Positions 36,480 through 48,717 are shown, counted from the stretch's first letter. The stretch is 64,000 bases of DNA from Octopus sinensis (GCF_006345805.1 NC_043019.1:14073360-14137359), one strand, 5' to 3'. Numbers and translations are program-made. The notes: a model not told the origin generated them from the sequence alone.

Positions 36480-37514
36480 GGTAGTGGTGATGGTAGTAGT
36501 GGTAGTTTTGGTGGTGGTGGTGATAGTTTTAGTGGTGGTGGTTTTGGTGGTGGTGGTGATAGTTTTAGTGGTGGTGGTTTTGGTGGTGGTGGTGGTGGTG
36601 GTTTTGGTGGTGGTGGTGTTGATGATGGTCATAGTGGTGATGGTGACAATGATAGTAGTAATGGTGGTGGTAGTGGTTTTGGTGGTGGTGATGGTGACAA
36701 TGATGATGTTGATGGTGGTGGTGGTAGTGGTGGTGATGATGATGATAGTGGTGATGATGATGCTGATGGTGATGGTGGTGGTGGTGGCGACAATGATGGT
36801 AGTGGTGAGGATGGGGGAGTGATGATGGTGGTTGTGGTGGTGAGGATGATGATGATGGTGATGATGATAATGACGGCGGTGGTGGGTGGTGATAGAGGTA
36901 GTGGTGGCAGTAGTTGTAGCAGTGGTGGTGGTGGTGGTGGCAGTGGCATGTGACGACAACAACGACAACAACGATTGCGGTGGTAGCTGTGATGGTACCA
37001 GTGGTGGTGGCGATGATGATGATGATGATAATGATGGAGATGTGTGCATCTACGCTTGCGTATGTGCATGCATGTGAGCATACAGCAAAGCAAAAGTGCC
37101 AATCGCACACAGTCGGTTGTAAAATCTCACATCTTAGTAACTTTGCAGGAATTCTACCATTTTGGAACGTTGCTTGTAGAAGGAACTGTGATGCTTGTTG
37201 CAGAGGAGAAGAATTGAATGGTTCCCTAAGAGTCCAAATGGATTCCAATTGCTGCCATGGCAACGGCAACAAATGGATTGTATTGACTATGGAAATTGCA
37301 AACCGTTCTGTTTATCAAAAGTTTGCTATCAGCGAGATGTGTAAGAATGGAAATTGCTGAGGGGTGGCGGTGGGGTGGGATGATTGGTGGTGGGGGACAA
37401 AAAAAAACCCCAAAAAGATAGCATACAAACAAACAAACAAAAATGACGAATATTTGAATATTTTCCTACAACAACAGCTATTTCCACGAATCTGGTTTTT
37501 CTCTTGTCACCACC

Positions 37515-37566
<52 letters not shown>

Positions 37567-38060
37567 GCACCGCCATCATCATCATCATCATCATCATCAC
37601 CACCACCACCGCCACCACCACCACCATCGTCATCATTCTCATCATCATCATCAAAACCACCACGATCATAGTTGTTGTCATCACCACCACCACCACCACC
37701 ACCACCACCACCATCATCATCCTCATTGTCATTGCCATCGTCATCATCGTAATCCTCACCATCCTCAACATCATCATCGTCATCATCATTCATCATTGTT
37801 GTCATCAACATCATCTTCCTCAATCATTGCCGTTGTTGTCGTCATAATCATTGTCATCGTCCTCCTCCTCCTCCTCCTCCTCTTCCTCCTCCTCCCCCTC
37901 TTCCTCCTCATCATCATCAGTATCATCAACATTGTTGTCATCCTCCCGTTCCCCTCCTCCCCCCTTCTCTTCCTTCTCCCCTCCTTCTCTTCCTCCTCAT
38001 TCCCTCCTCCTCCTCCTCCTCATCATCATCATCATCATCTTCATTGTCATCGTCGTCGTC
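36430..38060. repeat. Two trinucleotide low-complexity tracts: (GGT/GAT)n 36430..37030 and (CAC/CAT/CAG/CCT)n 37505..38060
   Basis: Visible directly. All six frames give homopolymeric translations. Confidence 0.95.
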
Positions 38061-38472
38061 ATCGTTTCAATGTCCACTTTCCCATGCTTGCATGATGCCA
38101 AACAGGATTCATTGAATCAGATCTCTTCGCTCCAGCCCTTTTTTCTCGCCAGCCTCCATTCATTTCCAAGCAAGGTAATAATTTCCCCATGGCCAGACAT
38201 GCTTTCACGGATGACTGGCCATGGGGACACATTGTTGCTTGCATCTCTGCCACACGAGATTATGACTACTGTCCTGCAATGACAAAACATGCCACACACA
38301 CACACACACACACATGCATGAATATTTACATATATATGTGTGTATATATGTGTATATATATATATATATATATAACGGGAAGCTTTATGAAAATAAACAA
38401 AAGACGAAGGCAGGTGGAAAACAAACGAACAATTGTATTAGTATGGCGCTCAGGAAATATAAATAAAACAAG

Positions 38473-38510
38473 TCTTTAACGTTTCGAGCCTACGCTCTTC
38501 AACAGAAAGA
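38473..38510 (-). ncRNA. Hammerhead-like motif, A6-variant family (element about 38373..38515)
   Basis: The minus strand reads UCUUU CUGUUGA A GAGC GUAG GCUC GAAA CGU U AAAGA. All stems pair perfectly. Confidence 0.58.
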
Positions 38511-38511
38511 T

Positions 38512-38542
<31 letters not shown>

Positions 38543-38543
<1 letters not shown>

Positions 38544-41500
38544 CATCATCATCATTTAACGTCCGCTTTCCATGCTAGCATGGGTTGGACGGTTCACTGG
38601 GGTCTGGGAGCGCCCGAAAGCTGCACCAGTCCAGTCAGATCTGACATGTTTTCTACAGCTGGATGCCCTTCCTAACGCCAACCACTCCGAGAGTGTAGTG
38701 GGTGATTTTATGTGCCACCGACACAGGTGCCAGACGAGGCTGGCAGACGGCCACGCTCGGATGGTGCTTGTTACGTGCCCACAGCACAGAGGCCAGTCGA
38801 TGCGGTACTGGCTACGGCCACTTTCGGATGGTTTTCTTGTGTGCCACGTGCCACCGGCACTGGTACCACAAAGATACAAATTCCATTGATGTTCATCTAT
38901 TTTGATTTGTTTTGATTTGATTTTCACTTGCCTCAACAGGTCTTCACAAGTGTCACAAGAAGGAAGGTATGCACAGGTGGACTGACTACGTCCCAGGTAG
39001 GGGCCATGGTTTATGGCCTGACTAGTCTTGCCGTGTCTTCGGATGGTGTTTTTATGTGCCACCGACACAGGTGCTAGATGAGGCTGGCGAACGGCCACGA
39101 TCGGATGGTGTTTGTCATGTGCCCACCGCACTGACTACGGCACTGATGGATTTCTTGTGTGCCACAGGCACTGGTACCACAAGATACAAATTCCATTGAT
39201 GTTCATCTATTTTGTCTATTTTGATTTGATTTGATTTGATTTTCACTTGCCTCAACCGGTCTTCACAAGTGTCACAAGAAGGAAGGTATGCACAGGTGGA
39301 CTGACTAGTCTTGCCGGGTCTTCGGAAGGTGTTTTTATGTGCCACCGACACAGGTGCCAGATGAGGCTGGCGACCAGCCATGATCGGATGGTGTTTGTTA
39401 CGTGCCCACAGCATGGAGGCCGGTCGATGCGGAACTGGCTACGGCCACGTTCGGATGGTTCTCTTGTGTGCCACCGGCACTGGTACCACAAAGTGTGTGC
39501 CAATCACTTTACCACAAAGATACAGTTCCATTGATATTCATCTATTTTGATTTGTTTTGATTTTGATTTTCACTTGCCTCAACAGGTCTTCACAAGTGTC
39601 ACAAGAAGGAAGGTATGCACAGGTGGACGACTACGTCCCAGGTAGGGGCCATGGGTTATGGCCTGACTAGTCTTGCCGGGTCTTCGGATGGTGTTTTTAT
39701 GTGCCACCAGACACAGGTGCTAGATGAGGCTGGCGAACGGCCACGATCGGATGGTGTTTGTCATGTGCCCACAGCACGGAGGCCAGTCGATGCGGTACTG
39801 GCTACGGCCACTTTCGGATGGTTTTCTCTTGTGTGCCACCGGCACTGGTACCACAAAGATACAAATTCCATTGATGTTCATCTATTTGATTTGTTTTGAT
39901 TTGATTTTGATTTTGATTTTCACTTGCCTCAACAGGCCTTCACAAGTATCACAAGGAGGAAGGTATGCACAGGTGGACTGACTACGTCCCAGGTAGGGGC
40001 CATGGGTCTTCGGATGGTGTTTTTATGTGCCACCGACACAGGTGCTAGATGAGGCTGGCGAACGGCCACGACCGGATGGTGTTTGTTATGTGCCCACAGC
40101 ACGATGGCCGTGATGCGGTACTGACTACGGCCACGTTCGGTGGATTCTTGTGTGCCACCGGCACTGGTACCACAAGCGGTACTGACTATGGCCACGTTCG
40201 GATGGATTCTTGTGTGCCACCGGCACTGGTACCACAAAGATACAAATTCCATTGATGTTCATCTATTTTGATTTGTTTTGATTTGATTTTCACTTGCCTC
40301 AACAGTCTTCACAAGTGTCACAAGAAGGAAGTTTACAGTGTGACTGACTACGTCCCAGGTAGGGCCCACGGTTTGACCTGACTAGTCTTGCCGGGTCTTC
40401 GGATGGTGTTTTTATGTGCCACCATGTGTCCCACAGCACGGAGGCCAGTCGATGCGGTACTGGCTACGGCCACGTTTCGGATGGTTTTCTTGTGTGCCAC
40501 AGGCACTGGTACCACAAAGATACATTCCATTGATGTTCATCTATTTTGATTGATTTTCACTTGCCTCAGCAGGTCTTCACAAGTGTCACAAGAAGGAAGG
40601 TATGCACAGGTGGATCGACTACGTCCCAGGTAGGGGCCACGGGATATGGCCTGACTAGTCCTGCCGGTCCTCTCATGCACAGCACACTTCCATAGGACTC
40701 GGTCTTCAGTCATTTCCTTGGTGAGACCTAAAGTTCGAAGGTCGTGCTTCACCACCTCGTCCCAGGTTTTCCTGGGTCTACCTCTTCCACAGTTCCCTCA
40801 ACTGCTAGGGTGTAGCACTTTTGCACACAACTATCTTCAGCCATTCTCGTCACATGACCATACCAGCACAGCCGTCTCTCTTGCACACCACAACTGACAC
40901 TTCTTAGGTTCAACTTTTCTCTCAAAGTACTTACACTCTGACGATTATGAACACTGACATTACACATCCATCGGAGCATACTGGCTTCATTTCTTGCAAG
41001 CTTACGCATATCCTCAGCTGTCACGGCCATGTTTTCACTACCATGTAGCATGGCTGTACGTACACACACATATAGTCTGCCTTTTACTCTTAGCGAGAGG
41101 CCTTTTGTCACCAGCAGGGGTAAGAGCTCTCTAAACTTTGCCCAGGCTATTCTTACTCTAGCAGTTACACTTTCAGCACACACCCACCCCCGCTACTGAC
41201 TTGGTCTCCTAGGTAGCGGAAGCTATCAACTACTTCTAGTTTGTCTCCCTGGAACGTGGTAGAAGTTGGTCTCTGCACATTTCCATGTTTATCTCTTGAG
41301 CATCTGCCACAGACAAAAACTATTTTCTTGTTAGCCTTCCTTTGACATTGCTGCACCTCTTATGTGTCCATAGCTTACACTTGGTGCACCTTATAGAGTT
41401 TCTACCTACAACACTTTTTTACAGATCGAGCAGGGCCATCTACCTGAAGTCGTTTGTGGTTGGTCCACCTTCCTACTTATTAGGACTTTGGTTTTGGCTA

Positions 41501-41626
41501 GGTTGATTCTAAGGCCCTTCGATTTAATCCTTGTTTCCACACCTGAACTTCTCCTCCAGTTCTGATAGTGACTCAGCAATTAGAGCAAGGTCATCAGCAT
41601 ATAGGAGCCCCAGGGGCATCCTGTCT
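38543..41626 (-). mobile_element. 5'-truncated RTE-clade LINE with PHD finger and tandemly amplified 3' end
   Basis: [10 protein letters not shown] at about 41575..41607. RT C-terminal motifs FRYLG, ESVTARVRIAWAKFRELL, RLCWYGHV and TWDEVVKHDL. (GAT)n tail at 38543..38556. (TA)n on both flanks. Confidence 0.92.
38700..40660 (-). repeat. Tandem array of six ~270-370 bp units derived from the RTE ORF end and 3' UTR
   Basis: The marker TCTTCACAAGTGTCACAAGAAGGAAG recurs near 38940, 39260, 39587, 39937, 40306 and 40573. Confidence 0.9.
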
Positions 41627-41656
41627 TATATATATATATATATATATAATATATAT

Positions 41657-41705
<49 letters not shown>

Positions 41706-41749
41706 GCATATATATATATGTATATATATATTGTGTGTGTGTGTACATA

Positions 41750-41818
<69 letters not shown>

Positions 41819-42089
41819 CTTCATCATCATCATTGTTAACGTCCATTTTCCATGCTGGCATGGGTTGGATGGTTTAACTGGTGTCTGGGAAGCCAGGAGG
41901 CTGCACCAGGCTCAAGTCTGATCTGGCAGTGTTTCTACAGCTGGATGCCCTTCCTAACGCCAACCACTCCGTGAGTGTAGTGGGTGCTTTTTACGTGCCA
42001 CCGGCACAGGTGCCAGTCAGTGGGTACTGGCATCGGCCACATTCAGATGGTGCTTTTCATGTGCCACTGGCACGGAGTCAGTCTGGATG

Positions 42090-42234
42090 ATATTAATGAT
42101 GATGTTAATGATGATGATGATAATGATGATGATGACGACAATGCCAATGAAGATGATGATGCTGACGATGACGATGATGATGATGAAGACAACAATTATG
42201 ATGATGATGATGATGAGGATGATGATGATGATGT

Positions 42235-42267
<33 letters not shown>

Positions 42268-42330
42268 CATTAATGATGATGATGTTGATGATGATGATGA
42301 GGAGGAGGATGATGATGATGACATTTATGA
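42090..42330. repeat. (GAT)n tract
   Basis: Visible directly. Confidence 0.95.
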
Positions 42331-42468
42331 TTTCATGTAGTATTGAAACCAAAATCACTATTGTGATTCTCAGCTCAGTAAATAATACAGTATTTTCCCC
42401 CCACCTCTCTCTCTCTCCTTCTCTCTCTCTTTCTCTCTCTCTCTCCTTCTCTTTCTCTCTCTCTCTCC

Positions 42469-42499
<31 letters not shown>

Positions 42500-42708
42500 G
42501 CTCTTTTCTCTCTCCTCTCTCTCCCCACTCTATTTCAGCAGTAATAAATCTTTGTCTGACCCTGATCATTTATTAATTACAAGTTGTGCAAGTACTAAAG
42601 GTAAGATTTACTGGATTGCTGCAATTAATTTAACTATTTATAACAAGACTACTAGTTGACAAGAACAGGTTTCATCATGACATTCGGCACATGTACATTC
42701 GATATACC

Positions 42709-42745
<37 letters not shown>

Positions 42746-42760
42746 TAATAATAATAATAA

Positions 42761-43408
42761 CAAGGAGCTTCTCTGCCCTAGGTGTACGGAAAACACTCGG
42801 CGAGAAATGGAAGAAAATTTGAAGAAAGAAGGAAAAAAAAAATAATAATGATAGAGTTGGGACCTATATACACTGGAAGCTATACCAACACTATGGAATA
42901 ACAACAGAAAAGAGATGGTGTAGGCACATGCCAGAAAAGGTCACAGAAAAAGGGAAAGCAACCAGATTCTGGAATGTGTCAATATACACAGATAGAGAAA
43001 TTAAGGCTAATAGGCCAGATATAGTTGTCAGAGATCGGCAAGAAAAAAAAAACTTTCTAATCGATGTATCAATACTAACAGATGACAGGTTGATAAATAT
43101 GGAGACCTGAGGATTGAGATTGCTATGATGTGGCAGCTACGAGAGTCAAACATAAAGGTTATCCCTATTGTCATCGGAACATTGGGTTCAATACCACCCA
43201 ATCTGAAAAGAAAAAAACATCTGAAACTTTAGAAATATCTTACAATCTAGGTGTATTGCAAAAGTTGGCGTTACTTGGAACTGCACGCAGTTTGCATAAA
43301 GCTCTGTCTGTCTGAGGTCCTTGTTGTGACTTGACAAACAGTATAAATCCCCGCTGGACACAATACCTTCAATCAACAACCTCATGATATTGTACACTGT
43401 GCGACGTC
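42761..43408 (+). mobile_element. R4/Dong-like non-LTR retrotransposon 3' fragment (RLE domain), copy 1
   Basis: DRVGTYIHWKLYQHYG..WCRHMPEKV..NRPDIVVRDRQEKKNFLIDVSI..LQKLALLGTARSLHKALS, flanked by (TAA)n on both sides. Confidence 0.82.
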
Positions 43409-43437
43409 TATAATAATAATAATAATAATAATAATAA

Positions 43438-43823
43438 AGAAAAAAGAAAAAATATTTTCTAATCGATGTATCAATACCAACAGACGACAGCATTTCTCTA
43501 AAAGAAATGGAGAAACTTTCTAAATACAAAGACCTGGAAATAGAGGTAACTTGAATGTGGAGTCTAAAAAAAAAAGAAACAATTTCTATCATAATAGGAG
43601 CATTAGGTATGATAAAAAAATATTCAGACAAATATATAACAAAAACACCAGGACTTACAAATATATATAACATACCGAAAATTGCACTACTGGGCACTGC
43701 ACACATCCTATGCAAAATACTTTCAATACAGTAACTATCACAACAAACCACAGCACATACCCAAGGCACACAGAGCTGCACTCGGTAGTGAAGTGAAAGC
43801 ACGCTATAAAAATAAGACTACTG
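43438..43823 (+). mobile_element. R4/Dong-like RLE 3' fragment, copy 2 (different subfamily)
   Basis: FLIDVSIPTDDSISLKEMEKLSKYKDLEIEV..IIGALG..KIALLGTAHILCKILS*, flanked by (TAA)n. Confidence 0.85.
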
Positions 43824-43861
43824 AATAATAATAATATAATAATAATGATATAATAATAATA

Positions 43862-43910
<49 letters not shown>

Positions 43911-43931
43911 CCGATAATAATAATAGCGATA

Positions 43932-43969
<38 letters not shown>

Positions 43970-44696
43970 ATAAAGTGGTTGGCATTTGGAAGGGCATCCA
44001 GCTGTAAAAACCATGCCAAAACTGACCATGCCTATGCTAGTTCAATGTAAAAAGCATTTTATGGGGTGGTTGTTGTTAGGAAGGGCATCCAGCCATGAAA
44101 ACCATGCCAATAAAGACAATGAAGGCTGGTGTAGTCTTCTGGCTTGCCAGCTCCTGTCAAACCGTCCAACTCATGCCAGCATGGAAAGCGGATGTTAAAT
44201 AATGATGATGAGGAGGCGGAGGATGATGATATATATGTGTGTGTCTTTGTGTCTGTATTTGCCCCCTTCACTACTGATGTTGGTATGTTTACATCCCGGT
44301 AACTGAGCAATTTGGCAAAAGAGAATGATAAAATAGGTATCAGGCTTAAAGGAAGTACCAGGGTTGATCCAATCAAGTAAAATTCTTCAAGGTGATGCCC
44401 CAGCATGGCCACAATCTAATGACTGAAACAAGTAAACTGTAAGCAATAAATATAAGAAACTTCCAAACTGCACAGTCAGGCCTGCATTTGGAATAGAAGC
44501 TAAAAATATCACCATATCTCAACAGAGGGCAGGAGTGGCTGTGTGGTAAGTAGCTTGTTTACGAACTACATGGTTCCAGGTTCAGTCCCATTGCGTGGCA
44601 CCTTGGGCAAGTGTCTTCTACTATAGCCTAGGGTCAACCAAAGACTTGTGAGTGGATTTGGTAGACGGAAACTGAGAGAAGCCCATCGTATATATG

Positions 44697-44729
<33 letters not shown>

Positions 44730-46142
44730 ATGTTAAAGTGTCTGCGTTTGTCCCCCCACCCCAACATCACTTGACAACCGAAGCTGGTGTGTTTACGTCC
44801 CCGTAACTTAGCGGTTCGGCAAAAGTGACCGATAGAATAAGTACTAGGCTTGCAAATAATAAGTCCTGGGGTCAATTTGCTCGACTAAAGGTGGTGCTCC
44901 AGCATGGCCACAGTCAAATGACTGAAACCAGTAAAAGAGTAAAAATAGTAAAACAGAAATGTTAGAGGTTTGGTTCTAAGCAAGATGCTGTAATAGAAGT
45001 TCTTATTCTCGTGTAAGAAAATGGAAAAATTGTCTTGGAGTTTAATCTAAAGGAAAAGCTCGCTGATCGATTTCTTAGGAAGTGTTTAGAAGATAAAATG
45101 CTTTACCAAAGTGGCTGCTAATTAAAGTAAATCTGGTGTCTTATAACTGGACCATTGGTTTCCCACTGAAGATTTCGGTATCTTTTAGTGATTCAAAGAA
45201 TGGAAAATTTCTCAGGAGTGGTTTGTTACTTACTTCTCAAAAATCATTGATCGATTTAGAACCAATAGCTACCACCTCCTGGCTAATAAATCACTAGATT
45301 AAGACAAAATATCCTTGTTACGAACAATTAAGAATTGTATCTCTTCAAGGGACATGTTTTACAAGGTTACCTGGATAATTGACAATTTAAGAGGCGTTTT
45401 TTTTTTATTTTTTATTAAACCAGTGAATGGATAGGAATTGTTAAATCTCTTATGTCTGGTAACAGGTTTATTACATACCATGGTTGCTAAGAATAAAGGG
45501 TGGGAAATGAAGGTTTTAATAGAAGTTTCAATAAAAAAACTTTTAACAGCCACCCTGCTCTCCCACTCCCCAATTCTTTGGGTACCTTTAGCATTACATC
45601 ATCATCATCATCATCATCGTCGTTATTGTCATCATCATCATCATCATCATCATCATCAATATCCGTTTTCCATGCTGGCATGGGTTGGACAGTTTGATAG
45701 GAGTCTGGAAAGCCGGAGAGCTGCAACAGGTTCTAATTGTCTGCTTTGGCACATTTTCAAGGGCTGGATGCCCTTCCTAATGCCAACTACTTTACAGAGT
45801 GTACTGGGTACTTTATACATGGGTACTTTATACTGGGTACTTTATACATGGCATGACATGGGTGCTTTTTATGTGGCATGGCACATACGTACATACATAA
45901 ATACATACATATGTATGTACATACATACATACATAAATACATACGTACATACATACAGACATACATACATGATATCAATGTTTCTTTCAGTTTCTGTGTG
46001 CCTAAATTCACTCAGGAGGCTTTGGTTTACCTGGGGTCATAGTAGAAGACACTTGTTTAAGGTCCCATGCAGTGGGACTAAACCTGAAACCATGTAATCG
46101 GGAAGCATGATTCTTACCACACAGATACACCTGTGCCTACAA

Positions 46143-46449
46143 TTTGTTTGTTTGTTCCTACTTGAGCCATGTCTAACTCATAAGGGCCGGTTTCCTGGTT
46201 TCCTTGGTGCGTAGGTTTCCCACCTGGACGGGACCCCGGTCCATCGCAGGTGAGCTGCAAGATGCAGGAGGAAAGAGTGAGAGAAAGTTGTGGTGAAAGA
46301 GTCAGCAGAAGTTCGCCATTACCTTCAGCCAGAGCCACGTGGAACTTATGCATTTCACTCATAAACACATATATCGCCTGATCTGGGATTCAAACCTGCG
46401 ATCCCTCGACCGTGAGTCCACTGCTCTAACCATTGGGCCATGTGCCTCC
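46143..46449 (-). mobile_element. SINE family C, representative full-length copy
   Basis: tRNA-like head GGAGGCACATGGCCCAATGGTTAGAGC..GGTTTGAATCCC. Partial copies are at 1-115(+), 8455-8610(+), 14876-15088(-), 28020-28103(-) and 61080-61272(+). Confidence 0.88.
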
Positions 46450-46702
46450 ACGTGCCTACAATTACTCTTAGTAAAAACAGTTAATGCAAAGAAGAAATGT
46501 TTCTTTATTTATTTATTCTGGTGTAGTGGAAGGAAAGAGTATTATGAAGAAGCTGATATCTCGAATGAAATATTGGTTTAGATTGCAATGAAGATTAAAC
46601 TATATCTTATTAAAAATGGACTAATACTTTATATTGAATATGCTAATGAGACATCTGTGGGATGATAGAAAACGTAATGGTGTGACTGTGAAGATGAAAA
46701 GA

Positions 46703-46742
<40 letters not shown>

Positions 46743-46958
46743 TATATATTATTGTATATATGAAATAACAAGTGTGTTTGTGATTTGATCAGTCACCGAT
46801 CTTTAGATATTGTCTCCCACTTTGCAGATGAACAATTTTTGTCGATTTATCTGATATGGTGTAAAATTGAAGGAGACTGTCAACAGCTGTTTGTCATTGT
46901 TGAGCTTCCAGATTAGGCCTAATTGTTGGAAACTGTGTGGAATCAGATCGTATACACA

Positions 46959-47042
<84 letters not shown>

Positions 47043-47047
47043 CATCC

Positions 47048-47079
<32 letters not shown>

Positions 47080-47342
47080 GTCTGTCTGTCTATCAATCTA
47101 TCAATGTATGTGTGTGTGTATGCTTGTGTGTGTATGCTTGTGTGTGTGTGTGTAGAGGTGGTTACTAAAATCTTTGAAGAATTATGGATAAGAGATCACA
47201 TACATGTTTCCTACATGCATATATCCTGTAATTGCTATCATGTAATGAAACACATGTAAGATGGAATTAAAAATACACAAATTTTCCAGTCTATGCCTCA
47301 TACATATGTATTTATATATATATATTATATATATAATATACA

Positions 47343-47391
<49 letters not shown>

Positions 47392-47400
47392 TATATATAT

Positions 47401-47437
<37 letters not shown>

Positions 47438-47848
47438 GGCGCAGGAGGTGGCTGTGTGGTAAGTAGCTTGCTTACCAACCATATGGTTCCGGGTTCAGTC
47501 CCACTGTGTGGCACCTTGGGCAAGTGTCTCTACTATAGCCTCGGGCCGACGAAAGCCTTGTGATGGATTTGGTAGACGGAAACTGAAAGAAGCCCATCGT
47601 ATATATGTATATATATATATATGTGCGTGTATGTATGTGTGTGTGTGTGTTTGTCCCCCTAGCATTGCTTGACAACCGATGCTGGTGTGTTTATGTCCCC
47701 GTCACTTAGCGGTTCGTCAAAAGAGACCGATAGAATAAGTACTGGGCTTACAAAGAATAAGTCCCGGGGTTGATTTGCTCGACTAAATGCGGTGCTCCAG
47801 CATGGCCGCAGTCAAATGACTGAAACAAGTAAAAAAAAGAGTAAAGAG
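47438..47848 (+). mobile_element. SINE family A, representative full-length copy (tRNA-like head, CCTTGGGCAAG CORE-like motif, internal (TA)n(TG)n, (GAGTAAAA)n tail)
   Basis: A-box-like TGGCTGTGTGG and B-box-like GGTTCAGTCC. Other near-full copies are at about 5581-6010(-), 22532-22953(-), 27660-28015(-), 44528-44945(+), 49780-50232(+), 50555-50980(+) and 61628-62032(-), plus many half copies. Confidence 0.9.
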
Positions 47849-47922
47849 TATATATATATATTTAAGTAGGTGAATGAATTATCCTATGTTTATTGTCCAT
47901 CTTTGTTCGACTCCATTCTTTC

Positions 47923-47964
<42 letters not shown>

Positions 47965-48717
47965 GTATACTCTTTTACTCTTTTACTTGTTTCAGTCATG
48001 TCACTGTGGCCATGCTGGAGCACCACCTCTAGTTGAGCAAACTCTCTTTTCTAGCGAGGAAACTTAAAGAAGCAAAAGTGCAATACATCACATTGATGGT
48101 GATAAAAAGCGCATATCCATGCAATGCATTCTCAAGATCTTACAATCTCTGTTCCGAAAAAGCACTAAGCATTTTAATGTGTACAGATAAACTTGTGAAT
48201 GGGTATTCTGAAAGAATTATCAGATGCAACCATGGGCTAAAATGCTCGTTTTCACAGTTTTGGAAAAGCAATTAACGCTTCAAACTCTATTGATCGAACC
48301 TGTTTTAATCTTTCCTTCATCATATTGTATGTGTTTATATCAGATTTTTAAAAATAGTTAAATGTATGTAAGAAGGAATATATCAGGGTGTGTCTATCTG
48401 AGGATGCGTATATATGAGGGTACGTATTTATTAATGCACTTAAAGATGGCATTGCATTTAAAATAATGTAATGATTGCATTGTTCAATTAAATGGAGCGA
48501 CTGGAAACGGTCGTGTTACACAACTACTTGATATCCTGTTGCTTATATATATATATATATAATATATATATATATCTATATATATACTCTTTTATTCTTC
48601 TACTTGTTTCAGTCATTTGACAGTGGACATGCTGGAGCACCACCTTTCATCAAGCAAAATCGACGCGAGGACGTATGCTTTGTGACCCTAGTACTTATTC
48701 TATCGGTCTCTTTTGCC

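Noticed and set aside
36150-38282. Long ORFs rich in His, Gln, Gly, Thr or Asp (up to 299 aa)
   Set aside because: They are translations of trinucleotide tracts that are open in several frames on both strands, with no credible splice or start context.
38700-40660. Regularly recurring conserved blocks resembling a CRISPR array
   Set aside because: The units are 270-370 bp and homologous throughout, with no unique spacers. They derive from a LINE 3' end in a eukaryotic genome.
45000-45480. Unique island with 35-67 codon open stretches on the + strand
   Set aside because: No consistent splice sites, start or recognisable motif. Left unassigned.
47438-47510. tRNA-like sequences at SINE heads (also families B and C)
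   Set aside because: A and B boxes are present, but I could not fold a full cloverleaf with an acceptor stem, and each head continues into a SINE body. They are not tRNA genes.
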